Origin: a phage
Sequence record: PX880101.1
Length of the DNA: 64,000 nucleotides
Reading direction: 5' to 3' (one strand)
The notes under the pieces were generated by a model. It was not told where the DNA came from and ran no database searches. It worked only from the letters and a program-made list of their open reading frames with translations. Numbering within the stretch: position 1 is the first letter of the stretch; each line of letters starts with the position of its first letter. Made by a program: the position numbers and the translations under genes. This document shows positions 54,969-63,896 of this stretch, piece after piece.

Positions 54969-55013
54969 CGGGCGGCACTTGGGAACAGGGGGAGACAATC
55001 ACCAGGCCTGCCT
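54969..55013 (-). repeat. GC-rich repeated element, copy 3 (inverted relative to copy 1)
   Basis: Reverse complement reads caggcaggcctggtgattgtctccccctgttcccaag, about 30 of 34 identical to copy 1 at 45217. Confidence 0.55.
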
Positions 55014-55037
55014 GTCATATAAGAACTATAAAAACCG

Positions 55038-55067
55038 TTGACATCTGCCAGGGGGGTGGGGTAACAT
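55038..55067 (+). promoter_or_regulatory. sigma70-like early promoter
   Basis: TTGACA-18 nt-TAACAT, then leader hairpin gggcaaaggtgccc. Confidence 0.4.
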
Positions 55068-55121
55068 TTATCTTGAAGGGGCAAAGGTGCCCACACAACA
55101 ACCAGAAGAGAGGAAAACACT

Positions 55122-55394
55122 ATGTCAAGCTGGATTAATCAAGAAGTCGAATCACGTTTTAATGCTATTTGGGATCTCATCGAAAAAGAAGACGGCACAT
55201 CAAGCCCCTACCTCAACAATTTGGAATTCCATTTTGTGGAAGCGATGAACGCAGAACATGATCACGAAGGTGGTGCGGACGAGTTCGCTAAAGGGTATGG
55301 CTTCAATAATGCCAACGAAATGATCGAGGCGGTTGTACTCCAGGCTGAGGAAGATTATCAATTAAAAACGCTTGAATTCTGCCGCCGTAAGTAA
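55122..55394 (+). CDS. acidic hypothetical protein
   Basis: 90-aa ORF, RBS agagagga. Confidence 0.5.
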   Translation: MSSWINQEVESRFNAIWDLIEKEDGTSSPYLNNLEFHFVEAMNAEHDHEGGADEFAKGYGFNNANEMIEAVVLQAEEDYQLKTLEFCRRK

Positions 55395-55454
55395 TAGGAT
55401 AATGACACGGGCCGGGAGGCCCACTAATCAGAACCACACAAAGAGGTAAACATC

Positions 55455-55718
55455 ATGAAACGTCTTGATCAGCTTAAACTAGTTCAGTACATGGCCTACA
55501 AAGTTCTTGAAGTCCAAAAAGGTAGCAAAAAAGAGGTTTGCGAGAAAGCATATAAGATCTTTACCCGTAAAAAAGATGATTGGATGTTACGCCAGACCAA
55601 AAAAGCCGATATCCTGGGATACCTGGAAGAAGAGATCCGACTTGAAGAACAAGAAGAGATCCGCCGTAGTGAGGCAGATTATCAGGCAGCTTGGGAAAAC
55701 TGGATGAGTAACAAATAA
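55455..55718 (+). CDS. hypothetical protein
   Basis: 87-aa ORF, RBS aagaggtaa; leader hairpin gggccgggaggccc. Confidence 0.5.
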   Translation: MKRLDQLKLVQYMAYKVLEVQKGSKKEVCEKAYKIFTRKKDDWMLRQTKKADILGYLEEEIRLEEQEEIRRSEADYQAAWENWMSNK

Positions 55719-55785
55719 TACAACAAGTTACATGGTCAGGGGCAATAAAGCCCCTTGATCGCATAAAAAATTATGCTATCCTTGG

Positions 55786-55814
55786 TTGACAAGGATCGTC
55801 AGTTTTGCTATATT
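55786..55814 (+). promoter_or_regulatory. sigma70-like early promoter
   Basis: TTGACA-17 nt-TATATT. Confidence 0.55.
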
Positions 55815-55862
55815 CTTTTTGAAGGGAAGTTGTAAGAAAATTAACTAAGAGGTAAAAACACC

Positions 55863-56282
55863 ATGAACATTAAATCTAATAATCCGGCATATAGCTTTGA
55901 TAACGCTTTTTGTCACGGTCCGGCGGCGAAAGGATTCGAAATCGATGGTAAACTAATTATTGTCAATGTTGACGGGGAAGAGGTTGCAGTATATCCGGTG
56001 GCAGACGTAAAAAGCCGTTTACAATGCCGCATTGATGTTACCGCCTATCAGCTTGATCCGGTCCGCATAGTTGCCCTGGTCCTGGAAGAAGAAATTAAAG
56101 CCATGCACCATAGCAACAGATTTATTGGTGACGCGCAGGATAATATGAAAGTATGCCGCCATAAAGTTAATGAAGTGCTTAAAGAGTACGGCTATAAAGA
56201 TCTTATGATCAAACGTGAGGAAAAATTCCGCTACCGTAACGACCTGGCAAATCGAATCTATGAAATATACGAATCATTATAA
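55863..56282 (+). CDS. hypothetical protein, last gene of the rightward early array
   Basis: 139-aa ORF, RBS aagaggtaa; followed by a terminator. Confidence 0.55.
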   Translation: MNIKSNNPAYSFDNAFCHGPAAKGFEIDGKLIIVNVDGEEVAVYPVADVKSRLQCRIDVTAYQLDPVRIVALVLEEEIKAMHHSNRFIGDAQDNMKVCRHKVNEVLKEYGYKDLMIKREEKFRYRNDLANRIYEIYESL

Positions 56283-56300
56283 TTTCTTAACTAAACTATC

Positions 56301-56328
56301 AGGGGCTTTAAAAGGCCCCTTTCTTTTT
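56301..56328 (+). terminator. intrinsic terminator closing the early array
   Basis: aggggc-tttaaaag-gcccct followed by ttcttttt. Confidence 0.65.
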
Positions 56329-58805
56329 GTCTGTATTTCTCCTACCACAAACGGCCCAGCCTGGCAAGTGGAATAATTGACTAGCCATCAATCCCACACA
56401 CTGTACAAATATACATGGAAAATAACTATTGCATAATTTTTCATTGTGTGGTAGCAAGTCCATTTTTACCCGTTTTCTCTCTCAAAATTGCACGTAATGC
56501 CGCTATTGCACAAATTTTAACCTGATGCACATCTCCAATATCTTGTCAACAACTAAAAATCTTTATAAGTCATACACTTACACAGCATCGAAAGCGTGTT
56601 CTACGCGAAAAATCGAGTATAACTATAGCCGCCAGATCTCAGAATTCACGTACGCACGCCATTCTATAGCCTGCAAAGTATTTATTCCAACCACAGAATA
56701 ACGGAATAGTCAATACCTGCATAAAATAATTATTCGTGTAAACTGCATAACATAAATCAGCTCAGGTGTCAACATTTTTCGTAAACAGTCCGAAATTATC
56801 ACGATGAGTTATCATAAACAGAGAAATCTTTAGTCGTCTAATGTTTACTGTACATTACTATACTGACTGGAATCATTAGATGACTAAGAGAAAGATAAGA
56901 AATAATTAATAATGTAATTATTTTACCTGTAACAATAAGGCAACTATGCAAACGAATGGCATGGCGCGACGGAGTCGCGACATAATATAAAAGCAGTAAC
57001 CATCACCCCCGTGATAGTTTGTCTGCAATCTATTAATCAGATCATAGTTGCCTTGTATTCAGTTAATCATGACATAATAAGCAAGGCAACTATAGATCTG
57101 CTAATAGTTGCCCTGCTTTTATATTATGTCATAGAAACACCCGAAGGGGTGACCAAAGGTCACCTGGCATGGCCAGTGAAAGATTATTAACTTGTTAATT
57201 GTTAACTTGCTAATTGTTTTCATGCAAACGAATGTCATGGCTTATCCTATCTGTGTAAACAGTTAAGGTGTAAACTATCCAGGCGTAAACAGTCTATGCG
57301 GGAACAATCTATACGTGAACAGTGAAACATGAAATAATAACAATCGTTATTGTGTCGAAAGTGTATAAGGTGTCATAGTATGTCAGACAAGTTTTTCTCC
57401 TCTTTGTCAAGTGCTGCATGAAAATTTACAAACTGGTATGGTAGCATTTTTGCGGCCCTGTTTACATTCAGTTGTGTATGTATAACCCTTGTTGTGTGGG
57501 CGTTTAGACGTCTGGACGGTTGGAAGTCTACAGGTCAATATCTAATCTATTGGCTGCTAACTATATCCCACACAAATAGTAAGAAATACAATTGTTATGT
57601 GAGTAAACGGTAACTCATGTTATCAATCCCTGTATGGATCGCCAGTGGTGCGCATAATGGGTATTATGTTAAATTGCCCGTAATGATAACTATTCTCACA
57701 ATGATAGGTATTCTCATTCACTCCCACAAGATAGGTTGCAAATGTTGTGCCACTGTGTGAACGGCCTCACCTATTAATTTGCCTCACTGCCTCGATATTT
57801 GAGAATTGTTATAAGAATGAGAAGTATTCCCATTTCGTCCGCCTGGCAGCACTCCAGTCGCTACCGCTCATGACAGGGCAGAACTGGGTCCATTCAGATA
57901 TTTCTGGCTGACTCTTCAGGTCTGTGTGGGAAAAGCCAACCTCTCCGGCGGGGCAGGGGTAGGTCAATTAAAAAATTTACGTGGTGTATGAAGAGCCCTT
58001 CAGGTAAGGCATGTATTATGGGATGAAACACCCTTCAGGCAATGATATTTGTGGGTGGGATATTTGCTGGAAAGCCAGATATGACGGGACTCCTGGCGGG
58101 GCAGGGGTAGTACAGACAGGGGAAATATGGTGGATGTAGTTGGGTGGATTGATCAGGCAGGTAGAGTATGGAATATGTTACAAGTATGTTAAATATGGAG
58201 GATGAATATCTGTAGGATTTGTGTGTAAAATCAAAGACTTAAGTGGTGTTGTGGTATTTTCTATAAATAATTCAAGTTTAATAGGTAATATTTGTCTCTA
58301 TCCGCTTTGTGTGGTAAACAAATTCAGATGGTGTTGGTTTACAAGTGTATACATAATATACAAATTAAAGATACAAGAAACCCCCCTCCCCCTTCGGCTA
58401 CCATTCACCTTTTCCTCTGACTGGTACTTAAACACTTATTCAGACTCTTCAGGTTATCACCCATATATCATATGGCAGTGACTGGTGTCCTCCGGCCCCT
58501 CTTTCGTCACCCGTCCGCTTCGCCATGCTAATGCCATAGCCAACGGTTCGGTTGTTCACCCTGTTCACTCAGGTGTATCTCCATACCCCTTCAAACCGAA
58601 GAGAACAGAAAACCCGAATTACTCGGTAAAAGAAAAGAGAAGAACTTAATTTTATCAGGATAGGCAAGAATGTCAAGGCATGACTGCTCACTAAACAAGC
58701 AAACAGTCATGTGTGGAAGGTAAGTGATTGTGGTGGTAGGAAATTTAGTTGAAAGATGTGTTATAGGTGCGCTTCCAGCACTTTAGCCGGGCAGCTAATT
58801 GTGTG
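56329..58805. other. 2.5-kb ORF-free, repeat-dense region between convergent gene blocks
   Basis: No ORF with an RBS. 18-bp inverted repeat gacataatataaaagcag (56979-56996 and 57113-57130); hairpins cgcgac-gga-gtcgcg (56965) and ggtgacc-aaa-ggtcacc (57148); direct repeats atgcaaacgaatgNcatggc (56946, 57231); gtaaacagt-like iterons (57252-57325); ctggcggggcaggggtag twice (57935, 58093). Confidence 0.5.
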
Positions 58806-59021
58806 TCAGTCCAGCGGTTCATCCTCTACTTCACTGAAATCAATGTTCATGGTCTCTTCCCAACCATCGATCTCAGCACAAGAGTGGAGTTCTTTAGGGT
58901 TTACTCCCAAAGCCTCAGCAACAGAGTCTATATTTAACACCTCTGGCAGGTATGATTCATCGAATTCAAGGTAAATCAGGCCACGAGTGTTGTCAGCTCC
59001 ACCAAATATTTCTATCTTCAT
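58806..59021 (-). CDS. small acidic hypothetical protein
   Basis: 71-aa ORF; last gene of the leftward array. Confidence 0.45.
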   Translation of the reverse strand: MKIEIFGGADNTRGLIYLEFDESYLPEVLNIDSVAEALGVNPKELHSCAEIDGWEETMNIDFSEVEDEPLD

Positions 59022-59142
59022 AAAATCTCCTCTGGAAATGAGAGTGTGAACAGGGTTTTATACGTTCTAATGCACAGGAATTATACACGTTTTCCTCTTC
59101 AGGCCATGCTTTAGCATGAGGAACCTGTGTGGGCTCGGTGCT

Positions 59143-59355
59143 TCATAGTCTACCACCCCTGAACTCTTCGTGCTCAGGCATAATAGAGAACCAGATATCT
59201 ACGATGTCTTCCCACGTTAGGTCATCAGCCTCAGGATCTACCTGGAGCGAAGATGGAGAATCTTCAGAATCGAAGTTTTCCTCTTTCACTGGCTCAGCCA
59301 AGGGACATATAGTCACTCCTTTGGATGTCTCTTCAGATGCATGTGTGTTTATCAT
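59143..59355 (-). CDS. small acidic hypothetical protein
   Basis: 70-aa ORF. Confidence 0.45.
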   Translation of the reverse strand: MINTHASEETSKGVTICPLAEPVKEENFDSEDSPSSLQVDPEADDLTWEDIVDIWFSIMPEHEEFRGGRL

Positions 59356-59453
59356 GTTCCACCCGTGAGTATTCCGGCAACAGCCGCTATGGACGTAATG
59401 ATCATCAGGATCACCACTAAAACTTCGGACAATGTTCTCATTGTGTACCTCAT
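59352..59453 (-). CDS. small membrane peptide (33 aa)
   Basis: Not in ORF track; RBS ggaga; hydrophobic LVVILMIITSIAAVAGIL; stop overlaps the next ATG as ATGA. Confidence 0.25.
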   Translation of the reverse strand: MRYTMRTLSEVLVVILMIITSIAAVAGILTGGT

Positions 59454-59660
59454 ATTCTCCAAACTATGTGTGGATACTATCACGAGAGTGGCAATGTGTC
59501 AACAGAAACGCCGCGAGGGTTTGGTTAAAATCCGAGCGTATGGTGATTTGGGTCAAAACGGACGTGCGTTCTCGCTACGCTCGAAATATGGAGTTGTTTG
59601 TAGGAAGCTCTTAAACGCTCTGTAATGAGATTATCTGTCCAAGGTATGCAATCGTGCACC

Positions 59661-59690
59661 AGATAAAGAAAAGGACGCCACAGAGCGTCC
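59661..59690 (-). terminator. intrinsic terminator (minus strand)
   Basis: On the minus strand: ggacgc-tctgtg-gcgtcc followed by ttttctttat. Confidence 0.55.
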
Positions 59691-59715
59691 TAGGTGTCTT
59701 AAATTTGATATTTTG

Positions 59716-60027
59716 CTATACCCATGAGGGCTTATCAAGGTTGGAGTAGCTGAAAGGTGTCAAAAGGTGACTGTCAAAATCCCTCAAACTATCCAAATCT
59801 TTTTCCTCGTCCTGACACCATCTGTGCCTACATTTATTGTTGTAGTGCATGGAATGCATGGCGTTCTGCAACTTAACAGGCACAAGTGATTCAGGAGTAG
59901 ATAGTATTGTTGGGTATGCCAGAACCACCTCAAACAGTGGAAACACATCGAAACTAAAGTCTACCTCTGCAGAGGTTGATGGCATATAGGAGTATTTAGC
60001 CGCCTTTGTAGACATAATCCACCTCAC
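59716..60027 (-). CDS. hypothetical protein
   Basis: 103-aa ORF, 4-nt overlap with upstream gene. Confidence 0.45.
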   Translation of the reverse strand: MRWIMSTKAAKYSYMPSTSAEVDFSFDVFPLFEVVLAYPTILSTPESLVPVKLQNAMHSMHYNNKCRHRWCQDEEKDLDSLRDFDSHLLTPFSYSNLDKPSWV

Positions 60028-60356
60028 ACAGGTTTGATAATACCTTTACCGAATAACTCTTCGTATCTAATCTTGTCCGGATCCCACTCCTGGATAATTT
60101 CGAAGACAATATCCAACCCAGGAACAATCACTTCTCCAGTGTCAAGCTTAGCAAGAACAAAACCGGAAGGTTGAATGGTTTCCCAGTTACGGCGATCAGA
60201 ATAAAATACTTCGAAAATATCACCAACCTCAATCCGTTTCTGTTGCTCAAGATGCTCAAGGTTCTCTTTCATACGGATGCAACGGATTTTTCGTACAGGC
60301 CATAGACCACCTGCATCACGTTCATTCAATTCTTTTACAGTGATCGGCATACCCAT
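60024..60356 (-). CDS. hypothetical protein
   Basis: 110-aa ORF, RBS aaggaga. Confidence 0.5.
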   Translation of the reverse strand: MGMPITVKELNERDAGGLWPVRKIRCIRMKENLEHLEQQKRIEVGDIFEVFYSDRRNWETIQPSGFVLAKLDTGEVIVPGLDIVFEIIQEWDPDKIRYEELFGKGIIKPV

Positions 60357-60375
60357 CTCAAATCTCCTTCATAGA

Positions 60376-60405
60376 TAGTAAAAAGAGGGGCCTAAGCCCC
60401 CCTCT
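60376..60405 (-). terminator. intrinsic terminator/attenuator (minus strand)
   Basis: On the minus strand: agagggggg-cttagg-cccctct followed by ttttt, then the RBS of the next gene. Confidence 0.55.
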
Positions 60406-60411
60406 TTGTCA

Positions 60412-60717
60412 TTATTCTACAGAGCGTTTGAACAGAATGTCTGCCTCAGACATGTGCTCAACCTCTTCTTCGATTTTAGCTCGACGTTTTTCAGCCTCAT
60501 ATCGAATATCGAACTCGGTAGCCACCAAAGATTTGATGAATTTAGGAGAATACAGATGATCCTGCTTCTCAACAAGAATGATATCCTTGATGGCATCTTT
60601 CAGATCTTTAATCTGAAGCTGGAGTTCCACCAGTTCTTCGATTGTTTTGCGAAGGCGATCACGTTCTGCAGTGTCAGAAGGAAGAGAGGTGAACAGTTCA
60701 ACTTTAGATTTAGCCAT
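60412..60717 (-). CDS. coiled-coil hypothetical protein
   Basis: 101 aa, charged heptad-like sequence (ELVELQLQIKDLKDAIKD). Confidence 0.5.
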   Translation of the reverse strand: MAKSKVELFTSLPSDTAERDRLRKTIEELVELQLQIKDLKDAIKDIILVEKQDHLYSPKFIKSLVATEFDIRYEAEKRRAKIEEEVEHMSEADILFKRSVE

Positions 60718-60745
60718 AGTAAGAGTCTCCTTATGTTGTTTTAAA

Positions 60746-61063
60746 TTAACGTTCTACAAAAATACCGTTCAGTTCAATAACCAGGAATTTCTGGTCTTCA
60801 CTATCGTCTCGTGCCAGCACCTCACAGACGTATCGGTCATCCCCATCATCATCGCAGTCAAATACAAGACTGAGGACTTTATCATGATAAACCTTCGCCA
60901 CTACCGCCTCATAAGTATTGCCGATTGTGAATCCAAGATAATCTCCGATGCATTTGACAACAACATGGTCGCCAGCATTCAAGTCAATCTTCGTCATTAC
61001 TGCGCTCCTTGGGTAATAATACTGTATGTAAAACTTTAACCAGAGATGTGAATAACGCCCCAA
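60746..61063 (-). CDS. hypothetical protein
   Basis: 105-aa ORF. Confidence 0.5.
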   Translation of the reverse strand: MGRYSHLWLKFYIQYYYPRSAVMTKIDLNAGDHVVVKCIGDYLGFTIGNTYEAVVAKVYHDKVLSLVFDCDDDGDDRYVCEVLARDDSEDQKFLVIELNGIFVER

Positions 61064-61152
61064 AACACACCGATAGCGCTAAAACAGACAAGGCCATCAT
61101 TAAAGCTTCAGTAAAATCAGTCACTCCTCACCTCTTGTTAGTCACTATACTG

Positions 61153-61416
61153 TCATTTATCCTTGCCGTCAAGAACTTTTTTAAATCTTTCAGGAATATC
61201 ACCTGTTCTTAGATAGTTCATGACCTCACAAGGTTCCCACTTGAATTTCTTACAAAGCAGGGCGGCTGAGATTGTTTCATTGCGAAAAGAAAGGATATTA
61301 ATATCCCATTCTGAGAACCCCAACTTCCGAAGGGTAGCTACAGAAATCCTCACCGCAACCCAGCAGCAAAAACATGCAACAAACGCCACTGCTATAACCC
61401 ACATCAGGATGTTCAT
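61153..61416 (-). CDS. membrane-anchored hypothetical protein
   Basis: 87 aa; N-terminal TM segment ILMWVIAVAFVACFCCWVAV. Confidence 0.5.
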   Translation of the reverse strand: MNILMWVIAVAFVACFCCWVAVRISVATLRKLGFSEWDINILSFRNETISAALLCKKFKWEPCEVMNYLRTGDIPERFKKVLDGKDK

Positions 61417-61505
61417 ACAAGCACCTCACTGAAATACAAGACACAGTGTTAAGGTTACTGACCAGCAAATAATTAACAGTACCGTTGCAACCTTGGCAAG
61501 ATTTA

Positions 61506-61793
61506 TCATAGTGCCTCTAAGATTTCATATCCTTCGGGTCGGAATACAAGCCACTCCGTGGCTCCGTTTGGTCGATACGCTTTATACAGAACAACCTGGT
61601 CTCGGCACATGCACATGGCTACATAGTTTTCATCCACACCTGCAGCCTGCATTGCATCTTCTTCTCCGGCAACTGCTTTGCTTACAACTTCCTTGGTAGG
61701 CAGGTGTGCGATCAGCTCGTCACCATCATTAATTCCAAAATGGCTGAGTTCGCCGTTGGTATCTTTAATCTTAATCTTAACCAGATCTTTCAT
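61506..61793 (-). CDS. hypothetical protein
   Basis: 95-aa ORF. Confidence 0.5.
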   Translation of the reverse strand: MKDLVKIKIKDTNGELSHFGINDGDELIAHLPTKEVVSKAVAGEEDAMQAAGVDENYVAMCMCRDQVVLYKAYRPNGATEWLVFRPEGYEILEAL

Positions 61794-62122
61794 TAGTCTT
61801 CCCCCAGGTTCAAAGGTCCTAAGATTTCATATGCCAGATTAGAAGTTACAAGAGGGTCTTCTGCGTCTTTAGTATTATACCACCCGTGAATAACCAGAGT
61901 CCCACTTTGTTTCATGTCCAACTGGAACTCTTCTGCCGTTTCCTCATCCAGCTCCAAGATTTCCATAAGGTATTTGATGTTAGGGAGGTATGCAGCTGTT
62001 ACAGTCCCCTCTACCAGACCTTCAGGCCAACCTACATCTGGATGACAAGTAGGAACCAGGTTGGTCAGCTTAATGGTGTACGCTTTTTCTGCACGAGCCT
62101 TCAGTAACGGGTCAATCTTCAT
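61793..62122 (-). CDS. hypothetical protein
   Basis: 109-aa ORF, 1-nt overlap. Confidence 0.5.
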   Translation of the reverse strand: MKIDPLLKARAEKAYTIKLTNLVPTCHPDVGWPEGLVEGTVTAAYLPNIKYLMEILELDEETAEEFQLDMKQSGTLVIHGWYNTKDAEDPLVTSNLAYEILGPLNLGED

Positions 62123-62472
62123 TATTCGTCCTCCTCTTCGGTACCTGCTTCCAGTAATAAGTTAAGAATATCTTCTGCACAAGGCTCATAGAACTCTTGG
62201 CCTTCATTATCGATGATTTTATAGTCATCTCCACGAATAATCAGGGGATCACTCTCAAAATTATCGAGACCTTTAACAACGACAACACGATCGATTGCCA
62301 TCATTGTAAGAACTTTATCGACATCTTCCTCTGCTACACCATACTGCAGCAGAATGTCTTTGGTAGGAGGAACAGCATCCACCACAACACCGTTACCAAA
62401 ACCTTCCGGGAGTTTAGCTAAAATATCTTCCGGAACCACATTCACATCAAAACCAGTAATTTCTACTTTCAT
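62122..62472 (-). CDS. acidic hypothetical protein
   Basis: 116-aa ORF. Confidence 0.5.
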   Translation of the reverse strand: MKVEITGFDVNVVPEDILAKLPEGFGNGVVVDAVPPTKDILLQYGVAEEDVDKVLTMMAIDRVVVVKGLDNFESDPLIIRGDDYKIIDNEGQEFYEPCAEDILNLLLEAGTEEEDE

Positions 62473-62733
62473 TTACAGCACCTCTTCGTCAACTACTTCA
62501 TAAAAATGGCTTGGGATTGCAATAGCGTTCTCACCTTCACCCAAGAACACTGTCCCACTAACGATTAACATTAGAAGAACGTCTGCGATACCTTCCTCGG
62601 GGACGTTGCCAAAACCTTTGATCAGCTCGTAGGTTGGAATATTTACCTCTAAGATGTCACCATCTTTAGAACGGAAATCAACACCGTCCTGAATCTCTGC
62701 CGTTTCAAGGTTTTTCAATTTAATCTTCATCAA
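62473..62733 (-). CDS. hypothetical protein
   Basis: 86-aa ORF, RBS aggaga. Confidence 0.5.
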   Translation of the reverse strand: MMKIKLKNLETAEIQDGVDFRSKDGDILEVNIPTYELIKGFGNVPEEGIADVLLMLIVSGTVFLGEGENAIAIPSHFYEVVDEEVL

Positions 62734-62761
62734 TCGGTCTCCTGTCTTGTTAAGATGAAGG

Positions 62762-62792
62762 TATTATTTCACACAGGGTTGGCGTTGTCAAC
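62762..62792 (-). promoter_or_regulatory. sigma70-like promoter (minus strand) with overlapping imperfect palindrome
   Basis: On the minus strand: TTGACA-18/19 nt-ATAATA/AATAAT, about 25 nt upstream of the gene starting at 62733; -35 sits in the near-palindrome cacaggtgttgacaacgccaaccctgtgtg. Confidence 0.4.
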
Positions 62793-62809
62793 ACCTGTGT
62801 GCAAGAAAA

Positions 62810-63205
62810 TTACTGAAACAGTGCAGATAAATTACCTTCTGGTGGGAACTTATCTGCCAAAAACGGTGTTAGCACAGTAGCCTTCTGAAGATCTGGGGTC
62901 CACTCGTTGTTCAGAACATCCCAGTAGTACGCAATATTGCTGTGTGGGTGCCGCATTACGAACTTTTTCCCTTCGTAGTCATCTGAAACCTCTACAGAAG
63001 AAATAACAACAGAATCTTCAAGGGTTTCTTCATAGAAAGATCCACCTTCAAATTTCCAACGAGATGCAAGAGCCCCTGCCTTGAACGCTGCAGATAACGG
63101 ACTGTCGGCAAGAACATACATTTCTTGCACTCTGTCGCTGCGATCTTTGCTTCTTACGTTGTATACAGTATCTGAGCTATACTCAACACGGTATAGGCTT
63201 ACCAT
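62810..63205 (-). CDS. hypothetical protein
   Basis: 131-aa ORF. Confidence 0.5.
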   Translation of the reverse strand: MVSLYRVEYSSDTVYNVRSKDRSDRVQEMYVLADSPLSAAFKAGALASRWKFEGGSFYEETLEDSVVISSVEVSDDYEGKKFVMRHPHSNIAYYWDVLNNEWTPDLQKATVLTPFLADKFPPEGNLSALFQ

Positions 63206-63564
63206 TACCGCACCTCCTCAATAACTTCCACATCTGAACCTACCACAAATGCAAAAGGACAGGTTTCATGAAAGATATCCGGATCGCCGCCAAGCTTGCT
63301 AACAATTTCTCCACCACTAATAAACACAAGCTCACCGATATTCATCAGATTGCTGAAATAGTACCCATAATGATTAAAGAATGCAGCAGGGTCAGGTAGA
63401 CTAGTAGCCTCAAGCACTACATCGGTTGAGGTTACTTTCTTATCATAACCTCTCGCCTTTTGAGATGCAAGATCTGCAGAATCCTCAGGAGACCGGAGAT
63501 GCACAGGAATTGTTTCACCAATAAAGCGTACTTTCATATTATCACCCAACAACCATAGCTTCAA
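63205..63564 (-). CDS. hypothetical protein
   Basis: 119-aa ORF, 1-nt overlap. Confidence 0.5.
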   Translation of the reverse strand: MKLWLLGDNMKVRFIGETIPVHLRSPEDSADLASQKARGYDKKVTSTDVVLEATSLPDPAAFFNHYGYYFSNLMNIGELVFISGGEIVSKLGGDPDIFHETCPFAFVVGSDVEVIEEVR

Positions 63565-63805
63565 AAGGAGTCATGAACGAATAAACGGCATCATCATCTG
63601 CTTCAGGGAATGCTCCCAAAGACTTCATGTCTGAGCCCTTGACAAATACAAGGTTTTGATCAAAAGCTTCTTGGGGGTCAATCCGATACATATTTCGTAG
63701 AATATCGCTTACCTCCTCATCAAGAGGTGAGTATGCTGTGCACGTTTTTCCGATCAAGCTTTGAGAATCAGGGTAGCCACCTGAAGTTTTAAAATAAACA
63801 ATCAT
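63542..63805 (-). CDS. hypothetical protein
   Basis: 87-aa ORF overlapping the downstream gene by 23 nt. Confidence 0.45.
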   Translation of the reverse strand: MIVYFKTSGGYPDSQSLIGKTCTAYSPLDEEVSDILRNMYRIDPQEAFDQNLVFVKGSDMKSLGAFPEADDDAVYSFMTPFEAMVVG

Positions 63806-63896
63806 ATAGTATCACCTCTGGTAAGAGATTGGGATTCCTTTCCCATAAATAATTACAAATCTTCCTTAGCGAGGAAGTATGCTAATCCAAGCAGGA

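Noticed and set aside
54542-55120. 192-aa minus-strand ORF
   Set aside because: Antisense to five co-oriented plus-strand genes that have RBSs; its only notable peptide (TGRPGDCLP) is the translation of the GC-rich repeat element, so the ORF is a by-product of that repeat.
58221-58481. 86-aa plus-strand ORF in the 2.5-kb non-coding region
   Set aside because: No RBS and a low-complexity translation; surrounded by repeats, so more likely non-coding.
56329-58805. tRNA gene cluster in the ORF-free region
   Set aside because: No GTTCGAATC-type T-arm or cloverleaf candidates found by eye; a tRNAscan run would be needed to be certain.
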